Positions 13,601 to 25,665 are shown, counted from the first letter of the stretch. The stretch is 64,000 nucleotides of DNA from Strigamia acuminata (GCA_949358305.1 OX442314.1:4402001-4466000); one strand, 5' to 3'. Program-made: numbers and translations. The notes: a model not told the origin generated them from the letters alone.

Positions 13601-16600
13601 ACGTAAAAAAACCTTTTGGTTCTTTGTTGATTTATTCGCAAAGAACCGTTGCATGATTCTACAGAATCATGCCACCGCCGGCAATTGAAGTCGAAGTGCT
13701 GGGATCATTATGTTGCATAAATGTTACAGTTTACGGTTGCGACGCCGAAGGAGAACCCGCCGTTGTGCAATTCAGTATCCTCCGGACAGGACCAAGTTGT
13801 CTTTTTCGGTATGAACGTATTCCGTTACCACGAGTAGCATCGGTATTGTTGAGAATCGGTTCCTTCACCTGATGGTGCCAAAGCAGTCTGTTTTACAGTA
13901 ACCACGAGTAGCACCAAGTGTTTGGCAAGCTGATTCTCATGGTATTCGATGCCAAAGCAGTCGGTCTATTATTAGTACCGCGAGAGATAAAACTGCTGTG
14001 CGGAGCCGCGAGCTATCGACCCCTGTGTACGTGGTACCGTCAACCACTCGATGGACGACCGTGCTGCGACGCCGGGGACGCTTGATACCGTTCTGCATGG
14101 CAAGGCGTATATTCTAATCGATGGCAATTGTGTGTTGCGACGGGAAGCTTAATCTTCATTTTATTTATAACAGCAAAACTTAAACTCGACAACCAGTTGG
14201 ACCAAAATCAAGTCAGAAGACTTAATCTCATATTGAACTCAATATAACCGATAAGTTGACGACAACTTATTCCCGAAATATCTAAATAAGAATTCACAAC
14301 GATATGAATTAAATATAATTCATAAGTGGAATATTGATAAGTAAATGAATACATTTACTTACACCAATATCCTCCCAAAGTTGTGGCGGTGCAGACAAAG
14401 TCAACCGCAATGCTCAGATCATTCGATTTATCGACGTGCGATAGTTTACACAGCGAACCAAGGAAACCAGCGAAGCCGTATCGGACTCCAGGACACAGCC
14501 ATCCGGCTTAAGATGACATCTATAATCAGGTCGAGCGATGGGGAAACCGCTCCCATATTCCAGACCCGTAGTGATATTATTCTAGGGCCAGTTGGCCAAT
14601 TCTTTGTATAGTTTAATAGCTGATTTAACTTGCCAAATGTCGGCATTAGTCCTATGTATAATTTAGCCTTGATATTATTGTTTACCAACAATAAACTGTC
14701 TTGTATTTATCTCGTATTGTATTCACTGTTTATTTATTGCGATCTCTTCCCGGTACCATTGTTAAATGGGAGTTGTGGTCGTCACCGTCACAGCGTTGGA
14801 GTACTGCATGTAACCGCCTATCATGTTCCTCGATGGTGTCGCCATAAACCAATATGTCATCAAAGTTGACTTGCTTGCCTTCCAATCTTTCGAGAATTTC
14901 GCTCATCCTCTTCTGAAAGAATTCAGGTGCTGCATTTATGCCGAAAGGAAGCCTTTTGAACATGTACCGGCCAAATGGAGTGATGAATGTTGTCAACAGC
15001 CGTGATTCGGCATCCAACTGACACTGCCAAAAGCCATGATTGGCGTCGAGCTTTGAAAAATACTTCGCTTTTCCTAGTCGACCCAACACGTTCTCAGTAA
15101 CGGGCATTGGATGTGTTTCTCGCATTACGTAGCGATTAAGTCTCACATAATCCACGCACATGCAAATCGATCCGTCGGGCTTCGGTGCCAAAACCAGCCC
15201 AGAACACCAATCTGTTGATTCTTCTACCCGTTCTATTACTCCCAACAATACCATCTTGTCGAGGTTTGCTTTTATCTCGTTCAGTAGAAGAATCGGGACT
15301 CTTCGAGGTGTCATTAACGCGTATGGACTTGCATCAGGTTTCAGTCTAATTTTGTGCGGTATTTCAACGCGTCCCAGACCGCTGAATAGCTTCGGATAAG
15401 CTGCCTTCGGATCGAATGACATCTTCGGTGTCTTTTCCGTTTTCACCGCATCAACCCCGCAACGTCTGATGATGTTCAACTCTTCGCAGGTGTCGCCATC
15501 CAGTAACGGCTGCATTAAACCTCGAACGACGTAGATCGCTGTTAATTTCGACAGTCCTCGGTACTCGATTTTCTCCCATAACATTCCTAATGTTTTCATT
15601 TTTCCTTTGGTCGCATTGTGCAAGTTCAGCTCGGGTTTCCGTAATTTTCTATCGGAAAAATAGTCTCTGTAGACCTCTTCGGGAATACACGTTGTTTCGG
15701 CGCCGGAATCTGCCTTGAATCCAATTCTTGCATTCCTGATCTCCACCGACACATGCCATCTTCCCTGTCGACTGGCTACACCGTTGACTGATTCAACATA
15801 TGCGTCCGTCGCCTCGCCGACCCTTTGAACCGCTGCGCTCCGACATACCCTCGCATAATGACCTTTGCGATTACAGTTGTGGCATGTCAACTTTGCTGCT
15901 GGGCAGTCCTTCATCGAGTGGACTTTGCCGCCACATCTGCCGCAACTACTCGAGTTTTTCGATGCATTTTTCGGCTGCGTCTTGGGACCGCCGTCCGGTT
16001 TGCTCGATTTCCCGCTGTCGTCTGGTCATTCAGTCTTCTTTTTCCAGAAGTTGGATCGTTGCACCTTCTTGGAGTCAACTCGATCCACGGACCTATTGGT
16101 CGATGACGCTTCCAGCAATGTTTTCGACTGCGAATTGACCTGTTCAGACTGTTTCGTCATCTCGATTGCCTTCGCCAATGTCAAGTTGCTTTGAAGCTGA
16201 AGTTTCTTCGCCATCGCCTTGTCCCTGATGCCATTTACTATCTTGTCGCGGATAAACTCGTCATACAATGCATCAAATGTGCAGTGTTTGGCCGCTGTGT
16301 GTAATGCCGTGATGTATTCGTCCATCGTTTCACCGTCCTTTTGCTGGCGGTTGTAGAACATGGCTCGCTCATAAATCACGTTTGTTGTCGTAACAAATTT
16401 TGCCTCAAAAGCTGCCTTCACTTTTGCGTAATCGTGTTTGTCCGGATCCGCCAATTTGAATGAAGCGTAAATGTCATTTGCTGTGTCCCCCATGTGGTAA
16501 AGGAGTGAAGCCACTTGCTTTTTTCCCGGTTGGGTGTCTAAATCCACCATGGAGCGAAATAACTCAAATCTGGCAATCCATCTTGGCCAATCTGCCGCAT

Positions 16601-19600
16601 TTTTAAAGTCAAATTCGTCCGGTGGCTTGCAAATGCTGTGCTCCACTTTTGCCATCTTGTGAGGAATTTCTGCACTAATCACTGGATCAAATTTTAGGCT
16701 TTTAGACAATTTTTCGCTCAATTCTTCAATATTTCTTTCTAATTCCAACTTCTCTTCATCTATTTCCTCTTGGTCTGCCAGTGCTGACTCAATTTTGAGC
16801 GAAATAATGAGCAAATAATGTCAATTTTGATCAATCACGGGTAAACTGCTTGCTGCCCCTTGTAGTTGGCTTCCCACGATGCACTCCACACTTGTTTTTC
16901 TGCTATTTTCGATGCCTGGGTGCTTGTTTGCCACTTCAGTTGGGGTTTGCACAGTCCTTCCCATCAATATTAATCACACTGACCAGTTTTTTAGGTGTTT
17001 CACCGCTGCCACCATGTATTGTTTGTTGCTTAAATCAGGAGGCTGATGAAATCATGTGAGACATCCATTGTGTTAAAAACAACAACTATCGCCACCTTTT
17101 AATGACACTAATAACTACTAATACAAGAACGCCATCTGGCGTGATAAATACACAACATATCACACAAAAAGTAAAATAATTTTCTCTCCACTGTGTTTAG
17201 ATAAGAATTCTAGTAAATCGTTTGTTGGAAAACTACTAACAGTGGATTTTGAGAAATTTTATCAAGACATCTGCCCAGGATCTATGTACATGGTAATATA
17301 AACACAATTACAATCAAATAGCAACGAGAGAAGCAACATCCTTTTTTTTCACTGATAGATTAGGCTATCATTATATAATTTTGGAAAAATTTACTTCCAA
17401 TTACTTAAATCCAGTAGTACCACATTGAAAATAAATTTGAGTTATAACAAAGTAACATTTAAAGTCGATTGAAATTAAACGACTATTCTAAGTCTTCATT
17501 ATATTTCAGTACATGTTTCTCAATTCATCGAAACGCCCGTGCTCCAGTGGAAATGAATACAGAGATTGCTACCAAAAGTGCTTGTTCAAAAGATTAGAAA
17601 ACAACCTAACATGCAGGTAAAAGCAATTTGTTCCTAACTAATCCTAAAAATGACATTTTATGACAAATTTGTTTAATTTACTAACAAATGTTACTATAAA
17701 GGTTTTTGCTAAATCAAACAACCAAAGCCCTGCATTTTTGCTCAAAATCAAAGCCACTGAACAAAACCATTATAATTTCATTAAATTCTTTTTTTTTTCT
17801 TAAGATTTCCTTTTCTGAAGATGAATTTACCTCTCTGTGAATGTTCAGATGCTATACACGATCAATACAGCATAGTCAATAAATTAATTGATACCACAGA
17901 CCCAATTACTACTTGTGCTTGTCGACCTCCATGTCAGCAAATGGTTTTTACACCCTACACAGACTCCGGCAAAGCAGATGATAAAAAAATAATGTCTTTG
18001 ACTTTAGCACTAACCAATGATAAAGTCACCGTGTATCAAGAGCGGTTCACTTACGACGTTATTGCTTTACTATCTGATTTAGGCGGCAATTTGGGACTAT
18101 TTCTCGGCCTATCGTTACTTTCATTACCTGAAATCACTTGGTATTTATATTTTGTTGTGACAACTAAGCGCAAAATTACCAAACTTTATAAGATTCGACG
18201 TCTCTATGAGGAATCCAAGAAAGAAGTCACTGAGAGTGAAAAGAAGATCAAAACTAACGGAGTTTTAAAAAAGTTTAAGTTGCTGCTGGTTGTAATTAGT
18301 GCAGGATTCACTCTATACTTGTTGCTAAGTCGTTTAAACTACTATTTCGAAGAACCTATATCAAAAATGATTACCATAGATCAACGGCGCTACATAGAGT
18401 TCCCATCCGTGACACTCTGTGGTGAAAATCGCAGTGATGAGATGGAACAAGCCAGATTCCAGTTACTTAAACAACCAAACAAAACTTGCAATGACATATC
18501 ACCGTGGCAATTGGTCAACAACAATTTGTCATTAGAAGATATTTGGAAGACCCTAAATATCCATCGAACAATGAGTGTTAAGGACAGGTTCAGCAAGGTA
18601 TACATAGATTTAAAAAGCATACAATACAAAGTGGATAAAATATATATTTACAGTATTATTATGGATACACAACAATACTAAACATAGCAACGAGTCTCGT
18701 CCTACTTCCATTTGGTTATTGTTCACAAGTTAACACAGGTAATTCACATGGAAACCTTATCAGTTTAACAGAATATGACTACACTTATAACAACTCCTAT
18801 TGGTTGGCATATTTATTGTGTATATTGAAATATGACTAGTGCTTGTGACAAACAGATATGCAACCCAGACAAATTTATTGATATCCCTACAACATGTACT
18901 GAGAATTGCTGCCAGAGTTAACATTAGAGACATTGAACAAATCACCTTTTAGTTCTGTTTATCAATGATCTTACCAATTAATCATCTCCTTGAAAACGTT
19001 TTATAACGAATCGCAATATAAGGAATTATCCATATAACGAATTGTGAAAAATGACTTGGTTGGCCATCCATAGAACACCATGTTTAATATTTTCGATATT
19101 ACGAATTTAAATATAACGAATTATTCGTTATAACAAACAAGTTTTATGGACACTATCATACCCACAAGCTCTTGTTATAACATATTTTCAAAACTGATCA
19201 CATGACTCACAACATCCTATGCCCATGTTTAGAACACATTTAAAAAAATAAAAAAAATTTTATTTCAAAATGGCTGCAAAACGAAAGGAAATTTTGATTG
19301 AGGACAAGTTGAACATTTTTAATGCCTTTGACAATGGCAAGAAGCCATCAATTGAAGCAGTTGAGTTTAATTTGTCCTGTTTTACAATTTCAACAATAAT
19401 TAACAAGAATTTATGAATAAATAATGTTGTATACCGGTATGATAAAATTTAATTTTTTTCATCTAATTTGTTTTAATGAACTCTCGTTAAAACAAACTGA
19501 TTTTTCGTCTCTCTTGCGATTCGTTATAAAGAGTTTTGACTGTATACTGAATTGGAGCCCATATCACTAATAGAATACCATGCATACAATTATTTTTTTT

Positions 19601-22600
19601 TTTTTTAGAAAAAACGAACCATATAACAGCAGATGTTACAATTGCTCTTACAAAACTTTTTCCTCCAGAAGTTTGTGAACAACATCTATGGGTAATATCA
19701 AAATAAACTTATTTTAGAACTAATAGTTAATATCAAGCAAACAAAAATGTGCGTGGATCTCAATCAGTATGCGAGGAAATCTAGATTTTGGAATTAGAAC
19801 ATCCGCATTCTATTAAAGGACTTGCGGTAAATCTAAATGTTAGACTAGCCCAAATATTCTGTTGCAAAAGCGGTATTACAAGCAGGTAAGATAATATCAC
19901 GAGTCGACTGCTTCGGTATTTCCCATTTGTCAAGAATCGATGAGCGATGTTATTTCATACATTTAGCTTATGCTTTCAAATTCTGATTGTATAATAATTT
20001 AACCAAATTCTTTTTAAATCCAATTACAAAAATTTTCAGTTTTTTCTAAATAACCCAGAAGAGGAAGTCAATATTTTAGCACCCATGTCTATGGCCTATG
20101 GTTCTATGACTATATTTGCTCTTCGTATATTTAAGGTAACATGCGGGTGCATTCAAAGTTTTAATTTTTACAGTCGTGGACAAAAAAAACTTTGCTTCAG
20201 TTTATCTACCGGGTGGCATAAAAATACATTGAGATTCAATGACATCAATCTTGACCTGATCTCTCGACTTGCTCTAATATCAGTATTAAAAGATAAACCG
20301 AGCAAATAATGATAGGCAAACTTTATACACCTAAACTGAAAGGAAGTCGTTTTTTGTCCACGACTATACGACTGCTTTTCATAAGTTTGGAAAGGTGACA
20401 AAAATTATTGTGTTATAAACTTCAGGAGTTAAAAAATTAATAATAAATAAATTTGATGAACTTTTTCATTGATGAGTAAACAGGTCGATTCATATACATC
20501 AAATAAAGCCAAATACGCGATTCCAGTAGTGAATATTTTTTTCACAAAATCGTTCTTAGCAAAAACTATCTGTTTCAAAAGTTTGGAAAGATGGAAAATT
20601 TGTTTCATAAGTTTGGAAAGTTTGCTGAAATTAGCCAATAACAATGAAGTGACACAGGTTTATGCAACGTGACATTACTCCTGTATATAAGGAATCACCA
20701 GACACGGGAATTTTAAAAAACTTTCTTGTCAACATGGGAAGAACTGGCGCAACTGAAATTTCAAAATGCAACAGATTCAAACCCAATTATCTCAACAACC
20801 TGACCACGGATTCTTTTTTTTCATAAAGCAAACTTTCTCCTCTACTTGACGAAAGTCGTCTATCGTTTGCCTTTTGAAAAAAAAGAATCCGTGGTCAGGT
20901 TGTTGTGATAATTGGGTTTGAATCTGTTGCACCAAATCCGTGGTTTGAAATTTCAGTTGCACCACATTCAAACGGTCGCCACCGCTTGACAACCAAGAGG
21001 GGTCGAGCCTTGTCCTTTTCAGGATTTGTAGAGGAGAATCCCCTCTATCGTTGGCTTTTTGAAACAAAAGAATCCGTGGTCAGGTTGTTGAGATAATTGG
21101 GTTTGAATCTGTTGCATTTTGAAATTTCAGTTGCGCCAGTTCTTCCCATGTTGACAAGAAAGTTTTTTTTAAAATTCCCGTGTCTGGTGATTCCTTATAT
21201 ACAGGAGTAATGTCACGTTGCATAAACCTGTGTCACTTCATTGTTATTGGCTAATTTCAGCAAACTTTCCAAAATTATGAAACAAATTTTCCATCTTTCC
21301 AAACTTTTGAAACAGATAGTTTTTGCAAAGAACGATTTTGTGAAAAAAATATTCGCTACTGGAATCGCGTATTTGGCTTTATTTGATGTATATGAATCGA
21401 CCTGTTTACTCATCAATGAAAAAGTTCATCAAATTTATTTATTATTAATTTTTGAACTCCTGAAGTTTATAACACAATAATTTTTGTCACCTTTCCAAAC
21501 TTATGAAAAGCAGTCGTATAGTCACGGGACGGCCCCTAGAAAGTTGTCCGGTTCTGACAAGTTAAGCCAGCAAACTCACTAGTCTAGACAAATGTCACAT
21601 ATCCTGACTAGATAGAACAATAAAAAAAAGTTTCCAAATTCTTCTGATGAATTGCGGGTTAGTCATCAGAATAATGATAATACATTTGTCTAGTTGTGCC
21701 CTATCAAGCTTGTTTGGACAGTGCTGTGTACTGACCACACAGGATGCATTCCATATTAAACTATGATTATTTTATCAAATAGACCATTCGAAGAAATACA
21801 AAACTTAATCCATGTGAACAAAATAAAACTGCTTATTTTATGTGTCAAACTGCTTGCATGCAAAACAATTTATTTCACAGGATCAATTGCAGGTATTGTT
21901 GTAGTTCTTCTAGCAAATGCTGATAATATTTGAGTGTAATCTAGTAATCATTCCTTCTTTCCATCAATACTTTTATAAAATAAAAATACCACCTTTAAAG
22001 GAGTTGCGACATGAAAATACAACAGGACTTTATATGATGTATTTTTATACATACTAGTAGTTATCAAATTTTTGGTCAAAAATTTGATAACTACAACAAT
22101 TTTGTTGATTTTAAGGGAATGCCCTTTGCGCTTCACTGCTTTGCTTCAAAATCAGGGAAACAACAAAATTCTGCCAATGACGTCATTTAAGGTGTATCCA
22201 ACAATGACAGTATTTGGAATGATATCAGTATGACGTCACACAGAAATAAAAACACACAATTGTTGAAAAATGTACATAAAACCTAATGCTAAAACTTGGA
22301 AGTATATTTTGTGAAAATTAAATATATAAAACCAACAAATTGAAAAAAAAATGGCAATTTTTTTTTATAAATTTACTTAAAAAATTTAAAATCATTCTAT
22401 TATAGAGTATAAAATTTGCTGAAGATTACAGAAGCCCCACTTCATCAATCACACAAAAAAATATACGATTCCTTTTCAATTTTTAGCCACAATATCGAAC
22501 TTTTTGGTTTTTTCTGTATGCAGCTATTGAAATCTATTCTGCCTGTGACGTCATATCCGGTTTCTTGGAGTTTTTCAGAGGTGGCGGGGCTGAGCATTTT

Positions 22601-23828
22601 TAATTCTAGTTTGTAGTAAAACTATAACACTTAAAATTGTGAAAAATTGAGAAACATTTTGTTTAACAATACTTAATCATTTTTTACAATTATAAAAAAA
22701 AAAAACTTTTATGTTGCAACTCTTTTAAAGCCTTGTTCACACTTACGTGTACGCTGCAGATTCACAGCTCAAAATGACGTCACTTCCTGTGAAGATGCGG
22801 TTTTTCTGCAGATTGTAAAAATAGGAATATTTTCTATTATTCTGTGCAATTTTTTCCTAAATTTACCAGCAGCCAATTACAGCTCAAACAATTCCATCTT
22901 GTGAGATTGTTTAGCAAAAACGTCTTTTTGAGCTGCGTATACACACGTTGGAACCAGCCTTTACATTAAGTAATCGGGACGTACAAGTATATGCAATATG
23001 TCCAGACTCCTGATTATGTAATGTAAAGGCTACTTTTGCTATTCATCAACCTCTCCAGAAGTCATAAAACCATTAACAGTTTCATGTTTGCACGTGACGT
23101 CATTCCCATTGAATAACATGTTATTCAATGGGAATCTTGGCGCCAAGTCTCTGTCGATTCATATACGGGGTTTTCAGGGCTTGAAAGTGTGTCTCAATGG
23201 CAGCCGTTAAATCTGCAAGGGTGGACGTCGTTTCCGCCTTTGGGTAGACCAATCTTTTCAACATTCCCATTGAATAACATGTAATTCAATGGGAATGGGA
23301 ATGACGTCACGTACAAACACGAAACGAGTTTTGCATACGTTTTAGACTTATTGAATACACCTAGTGCAAAACCAAACAAACACCCAAAACTCAACTTTTT
23401 GCAGGCAGTTTGTATTTGTGAATTCAGTTCAATTAAACTATAGTGCTTGTTTCAGGTTGCCGTACATGTCATCATCAAGTATACCATCTTGCAACACGAT
23501 GGAAGACATTACTCGTGCCCATTCCCAGTATTTTAACAATTACAATTCCAATCAAAAAACTTGCAAATGTAAACAACCCTGTAAAAATACTTATTACCAA
23601 GCTATCGAGCATGAAACTAAATTCAAATATAATCAATACACATTTATAAAGCTTCGTCCAGTTAACAGTTTCGACGAGACCACAATAGACGACCTAAATT
23701 ATCCAATATCTCGCTTGTTAAGTGATGTCGGCAGCATTGTAGGATTATCATTGGGAATGTCAATACTTTCTTTGCACATTTATCTTTTAAACATTTATAA
23801 TTGGTTTCGCCTCAAACTGAGTGATTAA
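1625..23828 (+). CDS. DEG/ENaC channel gene 1 with two tandem ENaC domains. Exons: 1625-2077, 2149-2221, 17201-17292, 17359-17451, 17510-17616, 17805-18597, 18654-18738, 19609-19691, unresolved exon(s) ~19720-19885, 23456-23828
   Basis: TM1 + YLSYPT..LPYITICS; SPFGMCSAF; Cys-rich thumb (CACRPPC); TM2 LLSDLGGNLGLFLGLS; second TM1 + FPSVTLC; LPFGYC; CKCKQPC; second TM2 LLSDVGSIVGLSLGMS; GT-AG borders give consistent phases. Confidence 0.85.
2250..2812. mobile_element. Non-autonomous TIR element (MITE) in intron 2 of gene 1
   Basis: ~46-bp TIR CAAGGGGAGAGCACTAATAAGCTATTTTAAAATTTTAAAATTAATT; TGA on both flanks (possible 3-bp TSD). Confidence 0.85.
2421..2488 (-). pseudogene. Degenerate tRNA-Ser-derived sequence inside the MITE
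   Basis: Minus strand GTAGTGGTGGCCCAGTGGTTAAGGCAATGGACTAGGAATC...CAGGTTCAAATCCTG resembles metazoan tRNA-Ser(AGA); variable arm and 3' acceptor strand lost. Confidence 0.7.
3072..5385 (-). pseudogene. pol: Element A RT 3' part, RNase H and integrase; in-frame TGA at 4419-4421
   Basis: ADASLYGVGA, ETDHKPL, H-H..C..C, SDNG, SNGFAE; removing B restores HAVLQRLLAAGITLN. Confidence 0.92.
5386..7288 (+). repeat. 5' LTR of B
   Basis: Direct repeat at offset 7504; TATATAAA at ~6009; AATAAA at ~7187. Confidence 0.95.
10814..12295 (+). CDS. Element B ORF (~493 aa), basic and hydrophilic, function unknown
   Basis: Only long ORF in B's AT-rich interior; duplicated F..YC....L....FKNI.EA motif; C-terminal KKKRRKK. 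Confidence 0.7.
   Translation: MAQKPLNMIDPKGNNKQTNLNLSSVPLGDQTEKIPDHFTLYCNRHGLDKTKFKNIIEASDYVKARNWRDRTQSQSSHQDPVRNPQTYSRNLVNQDSHTMFQTSSRGSKLEKFKPPNSVDKGEENYKPNNSRPESSLTNQSVVQNKLKLVYNRDQLISVRYANPAEAQRYVASLNLSINLPLSKELGTVNKSFGPPISTQRKDIRTPNKHLQSNNVQQRARSPITNSCLRTYDLSTKKSPQPRQFYLTPISNRKKVKQTFPLKKYYQHDNENDFKPKKESFLTNPREIRYQFEQYCKQYQLNSAEFKNINEAQQFVFRNQYRNQRLKPVPVVNLTEIQQFASGKQPCNIQNNSSQREELRTSKKRFRSPSPAGDEETSSTNQHVQKLTENPGFQSSVPRLRVKYRSPRLLRDFTIPNMGPFHVWFSNEGPIHVWFSRDDLKQKVGSSRSFTLPSQYTVCNCPKKKRRKKSVQQAERSRKFANMRAQYLAKNHVD
12890..14792 (+). repeat. 3' LTR of B
   Basis: Copy of 5386-7288; no difference seen. Confidence 0.95.
14793..16814 (-). pseudogene. gag-pol: Element A gag-protease-RT, 5' part; in-frame TGA at 16026-16028
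   Basis: Mag-type gag (WPRWIARF..R.Q..GET..Y); knuckles CGRCGGKVHSMKDC and CHNCNRKGHYARVC; protease FKADSGA; RT RLPFGI, NFDD. Confidence 0.9.
17805..18597 (+). CDS. Gene 1 junction exon: domain-1 thumb and TM2, basic linker, domain-2 TM1 and FPSVTLC
   Basis: Single open frame (ORF 17821-18681) containing both GGNLGLFLGLS and YYFEEP...FPSVTLCG. Confidence 0.9.
18990..19542 (+). mobile_element. pogo/Tigger-like deletion derivative with transposase N-terminus (19270-19416)
   Basis: MAAKRKEILIEDKLNI..FNLSCFTISTII resembles the CENP-B/Tigger HTH; inverted TTATAACGAATCGCAA near both ends; right end GACTG-TA; left end degraded. Confidence 0.7.
20171..20366. mobile_element. Tc1/mariner-like MITE
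   Basis: TA-CAGTCGTGGACAAAAA ... TTTTTGTCCACGACTA-TA. Confidence 0.75.
20369..21516. mobile_element. Foldback element with ~450-bp inverted arms
   Basis: 20369-~20818 is a near-perfect reverse complement of ~21066-21516 (mirror ORFs in the track); TA flanks. Confidence 0.9.
21999..22724. mobile_element. TTAA-flanked MITE (Kolobok-like ends)
   Basis: TTAA-AGGAGTTGCGACATGAAA ... TTTTATGTTGCAACTCTT-TTAA. Confidence 0.65.
23079..23325. mobile_element. Small MITE with palindromic subterminal repeats
   Basis: GTTTCATGTTTGCACGTGACGTCATTCCC / GGGAATGACGTCACGTACAAACACGAAAC; two ATTCCCATTGAATAACATGTWATTCAATGGGAAT palindromes. Confidence 0.7.
23456..23828 (+). CDS. Gene 1 terminal exon (domain-2 thumb and TM2)
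   Basis: TTTCAG acceptor; RLPYM..C..CKCKQPC..YPISRLLSDVGSIVGLSLGMS..stop. Confidence 0.85.
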
Positions 23829-24199
23829 TTTGTCTATTCAAGGACTGCATAAGATCGATCCAAATGTTTCTGCACCAATTATTGACTAAAGTGACAAGTT
23901 ACTTATCCACAAATTTATCAGGCAAGTCTACATGCAAATTACAAGCCATTACTACCTTTTTCTTTAGAATGCAGAGTAAAATGCACTTACCACAGTATCA
24001 TGTTCAGCTACCAACGCACCTAGATCGATCATGTGCTCTTACAATGGTAGAAATATTATCTTCAATGCACACTTCCAAAGCGTGAATTAAGAAATTGGGT
24101 TTTCACTGGAGATGAGGATGAGATCCAAAATCTTTGTGTGAACAGGCCATAAGGTTAAGTTCGAATTGATTGAGTTAGATTCTATCCAAAACAGTCAAG

Positions 24200-24300
24200 T
24201 TTTGGTCACATTTGGTCACATTTGGTCACATTTCGATCACATCTTGGTCATGGTTCTATCACGTTTTTGTCATATTTCTGTCATGTTTTTATCATGTTTA
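24200..24300. repeat. Degenerate 10-bp tandem repeat (TTTGGTCACA)n
   Basis: Three perfect and several decayed copies. Confidence 0.7.
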
Positions 24301-24855
24301 TGTGTATCTTAGCCACCATTTTATATACCTAGTGTTACTAAATAATCTGAGATCTAAATAGTACACTATTTATGTAGATTGTTGGGTTGCCTAGCATTTC
24401 CTAGGTATCTTTTTAATTCTTTAGCTAATAAAATACTTCAGTTAACTCCAAATCCTCATTTGTGAAGTGTAAATCTTGGTTCTTGCATTCAGAAAAAAAA
24501 ATTCAGTTTCTATCACGTTTTCTAAATGTTTTGTATTCTACATACTAGTACATTGTATTGTACATACATTTGGAAGAGAAGTTCAGCAATCGCCGAAAAT
24601 GCCTGACAGGATTAATTAAAGCTTCCTTAAATAGACCATCCTTTCCAAAATGGCAAAAAAAATAAAATAAATAAATAAATAAAATAACTTAGGGGTCGGA
24701 GTTTCCATCACCTGTGTTAGCAATGCCAAGATGGCTTGCCACACTACCTGCAACCGACTCATCACACACAGGGCGTGAGTCCGATGGGTGACGTGGTCGA
24801 TAACACATGCAATTCTGCTGCAGCACTCACCTACAACCCACTTGACAACTCATGG

Positions 24856-25293
24856 GGGGGCGTGTCATCTAGCGCGAAAATATAATCCGCAAATCGATTT
24901 ACCGCAAATCGATTTTTCCGCGAATCGATTTACCGCGAATTTCCTAGTGTGGGTTGCTTTCATTTGCCAAGTGACTTTTATTTAATAATTGATTTCATTC
25001 AAATTACGTTGGTGTTTACACTCATTCAAATTCAGTCCGTTTTTCCAACTCCTCTATTTTCTCTTTGCTTTTCTGCCCAGCTTCGACGGCAATCGAGAAC
25101 CCCGTATGCAGCGTGTGATTTTATATTTTGAATTAAAAATTTGCGGTAATTCGCGGTAATTCGCGGTAATTCGCGTCGTCGTACTTCCAATCGCGGTAAA
25201 TCGATTCGCGATAAATCGATGTCCGAGCACGAATTTTTTTTTCGCGGTAAAGCAAGGTCGCGGAAAATTGAGTCGCGGTAGATGTGCGGCCCC
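24856..25293. mobile_element. MULE/Mutator-like MITE
   Basis: 9-bp TSD AACTCATGG; imperfect TIR GGGG..CATCTA.CGCGA; internal TCGCGGTAAT and AATCGATTT repeats. Confidence 0.75.
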
Positions 25294-25665
25294 AACTCAT
25301 GGTGGTTGCAACAGGCCCCATGCCATGTTACTGAGCGTCACAGTGGTGAATGGGAGAAGAGCGGAGTCCACTTAGCTACCTGTCTAGCTGATCGGGACCT
25401 TCCAAGCACACATGCGAACATGCAAGAAATTCGATTTGAACAATAATAGAGCATTCTGAAAAATATTTTTACTTTAACAAATCGATTGAATTATTACATA
25501 CAATTTTAAATAAATAGAATATCATTTGTGTGTGAATATTCATAACTAAAATTAAAAACCCATAAATGATTCACAAATAAATACAAACAATTCTTAATTA
25601 AAAAACAAGTCTAATTATATTTTTGATTTTGCCCATAAACTAGCTTTTGAATTGTGCCTCTAGAT

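Larger units (their letters stand above)
5386..14792 (+). mobile_element. Element B: non-autonomous long-LTR retroelement (LARD-like) nested in the RT of A
   Basis: 1903-bp LTRs 5386-7288 and 12890-14792 (TGTGACGG...CCGTCACA); TSD GCGT; PBS TGGAGGTCCCACCGAGAT (tRNA-Gln-like) at 7291; PPT AAGGGGGA at ~12880; no gag/pol motifs seen. Confidence 0.93.
3001..17166 (-). mobile_element. Element A: Ty3/gypsy Mag-like LTR retrotransposon, interrupted by element B
   Basis: LTRs 3001-3151 and 17015-17166 (one indel apart); 5-bp TSD AAAAG; PBS TGGTGGCAGCGGTG (tRNA-Leu-like) 17001-17014; PPT 3152-3161; gag and pol in one frame. Confidence 0.95.

Noticed and set aside
5487..14691. Duplicated short ORFs (also 29744/54276 and 37731/49803) as genes or assembly duplications
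   Set aside because: They lie in LTR pairs bounded by TSD, PBS and PPT
20429..21480. Mirror-image ORF pairs
   Set aside because: By-product of the inverted repeat
22729..22962. Harbinger-like MITE
   Set aside because: Terminal inverted match too degenerate to support
25140..25260. CRISPR-like array (also 60800-60930)
   Set aside because: Short tandem or subterminal MITE repeats with no unique spacers; eukaryotic context
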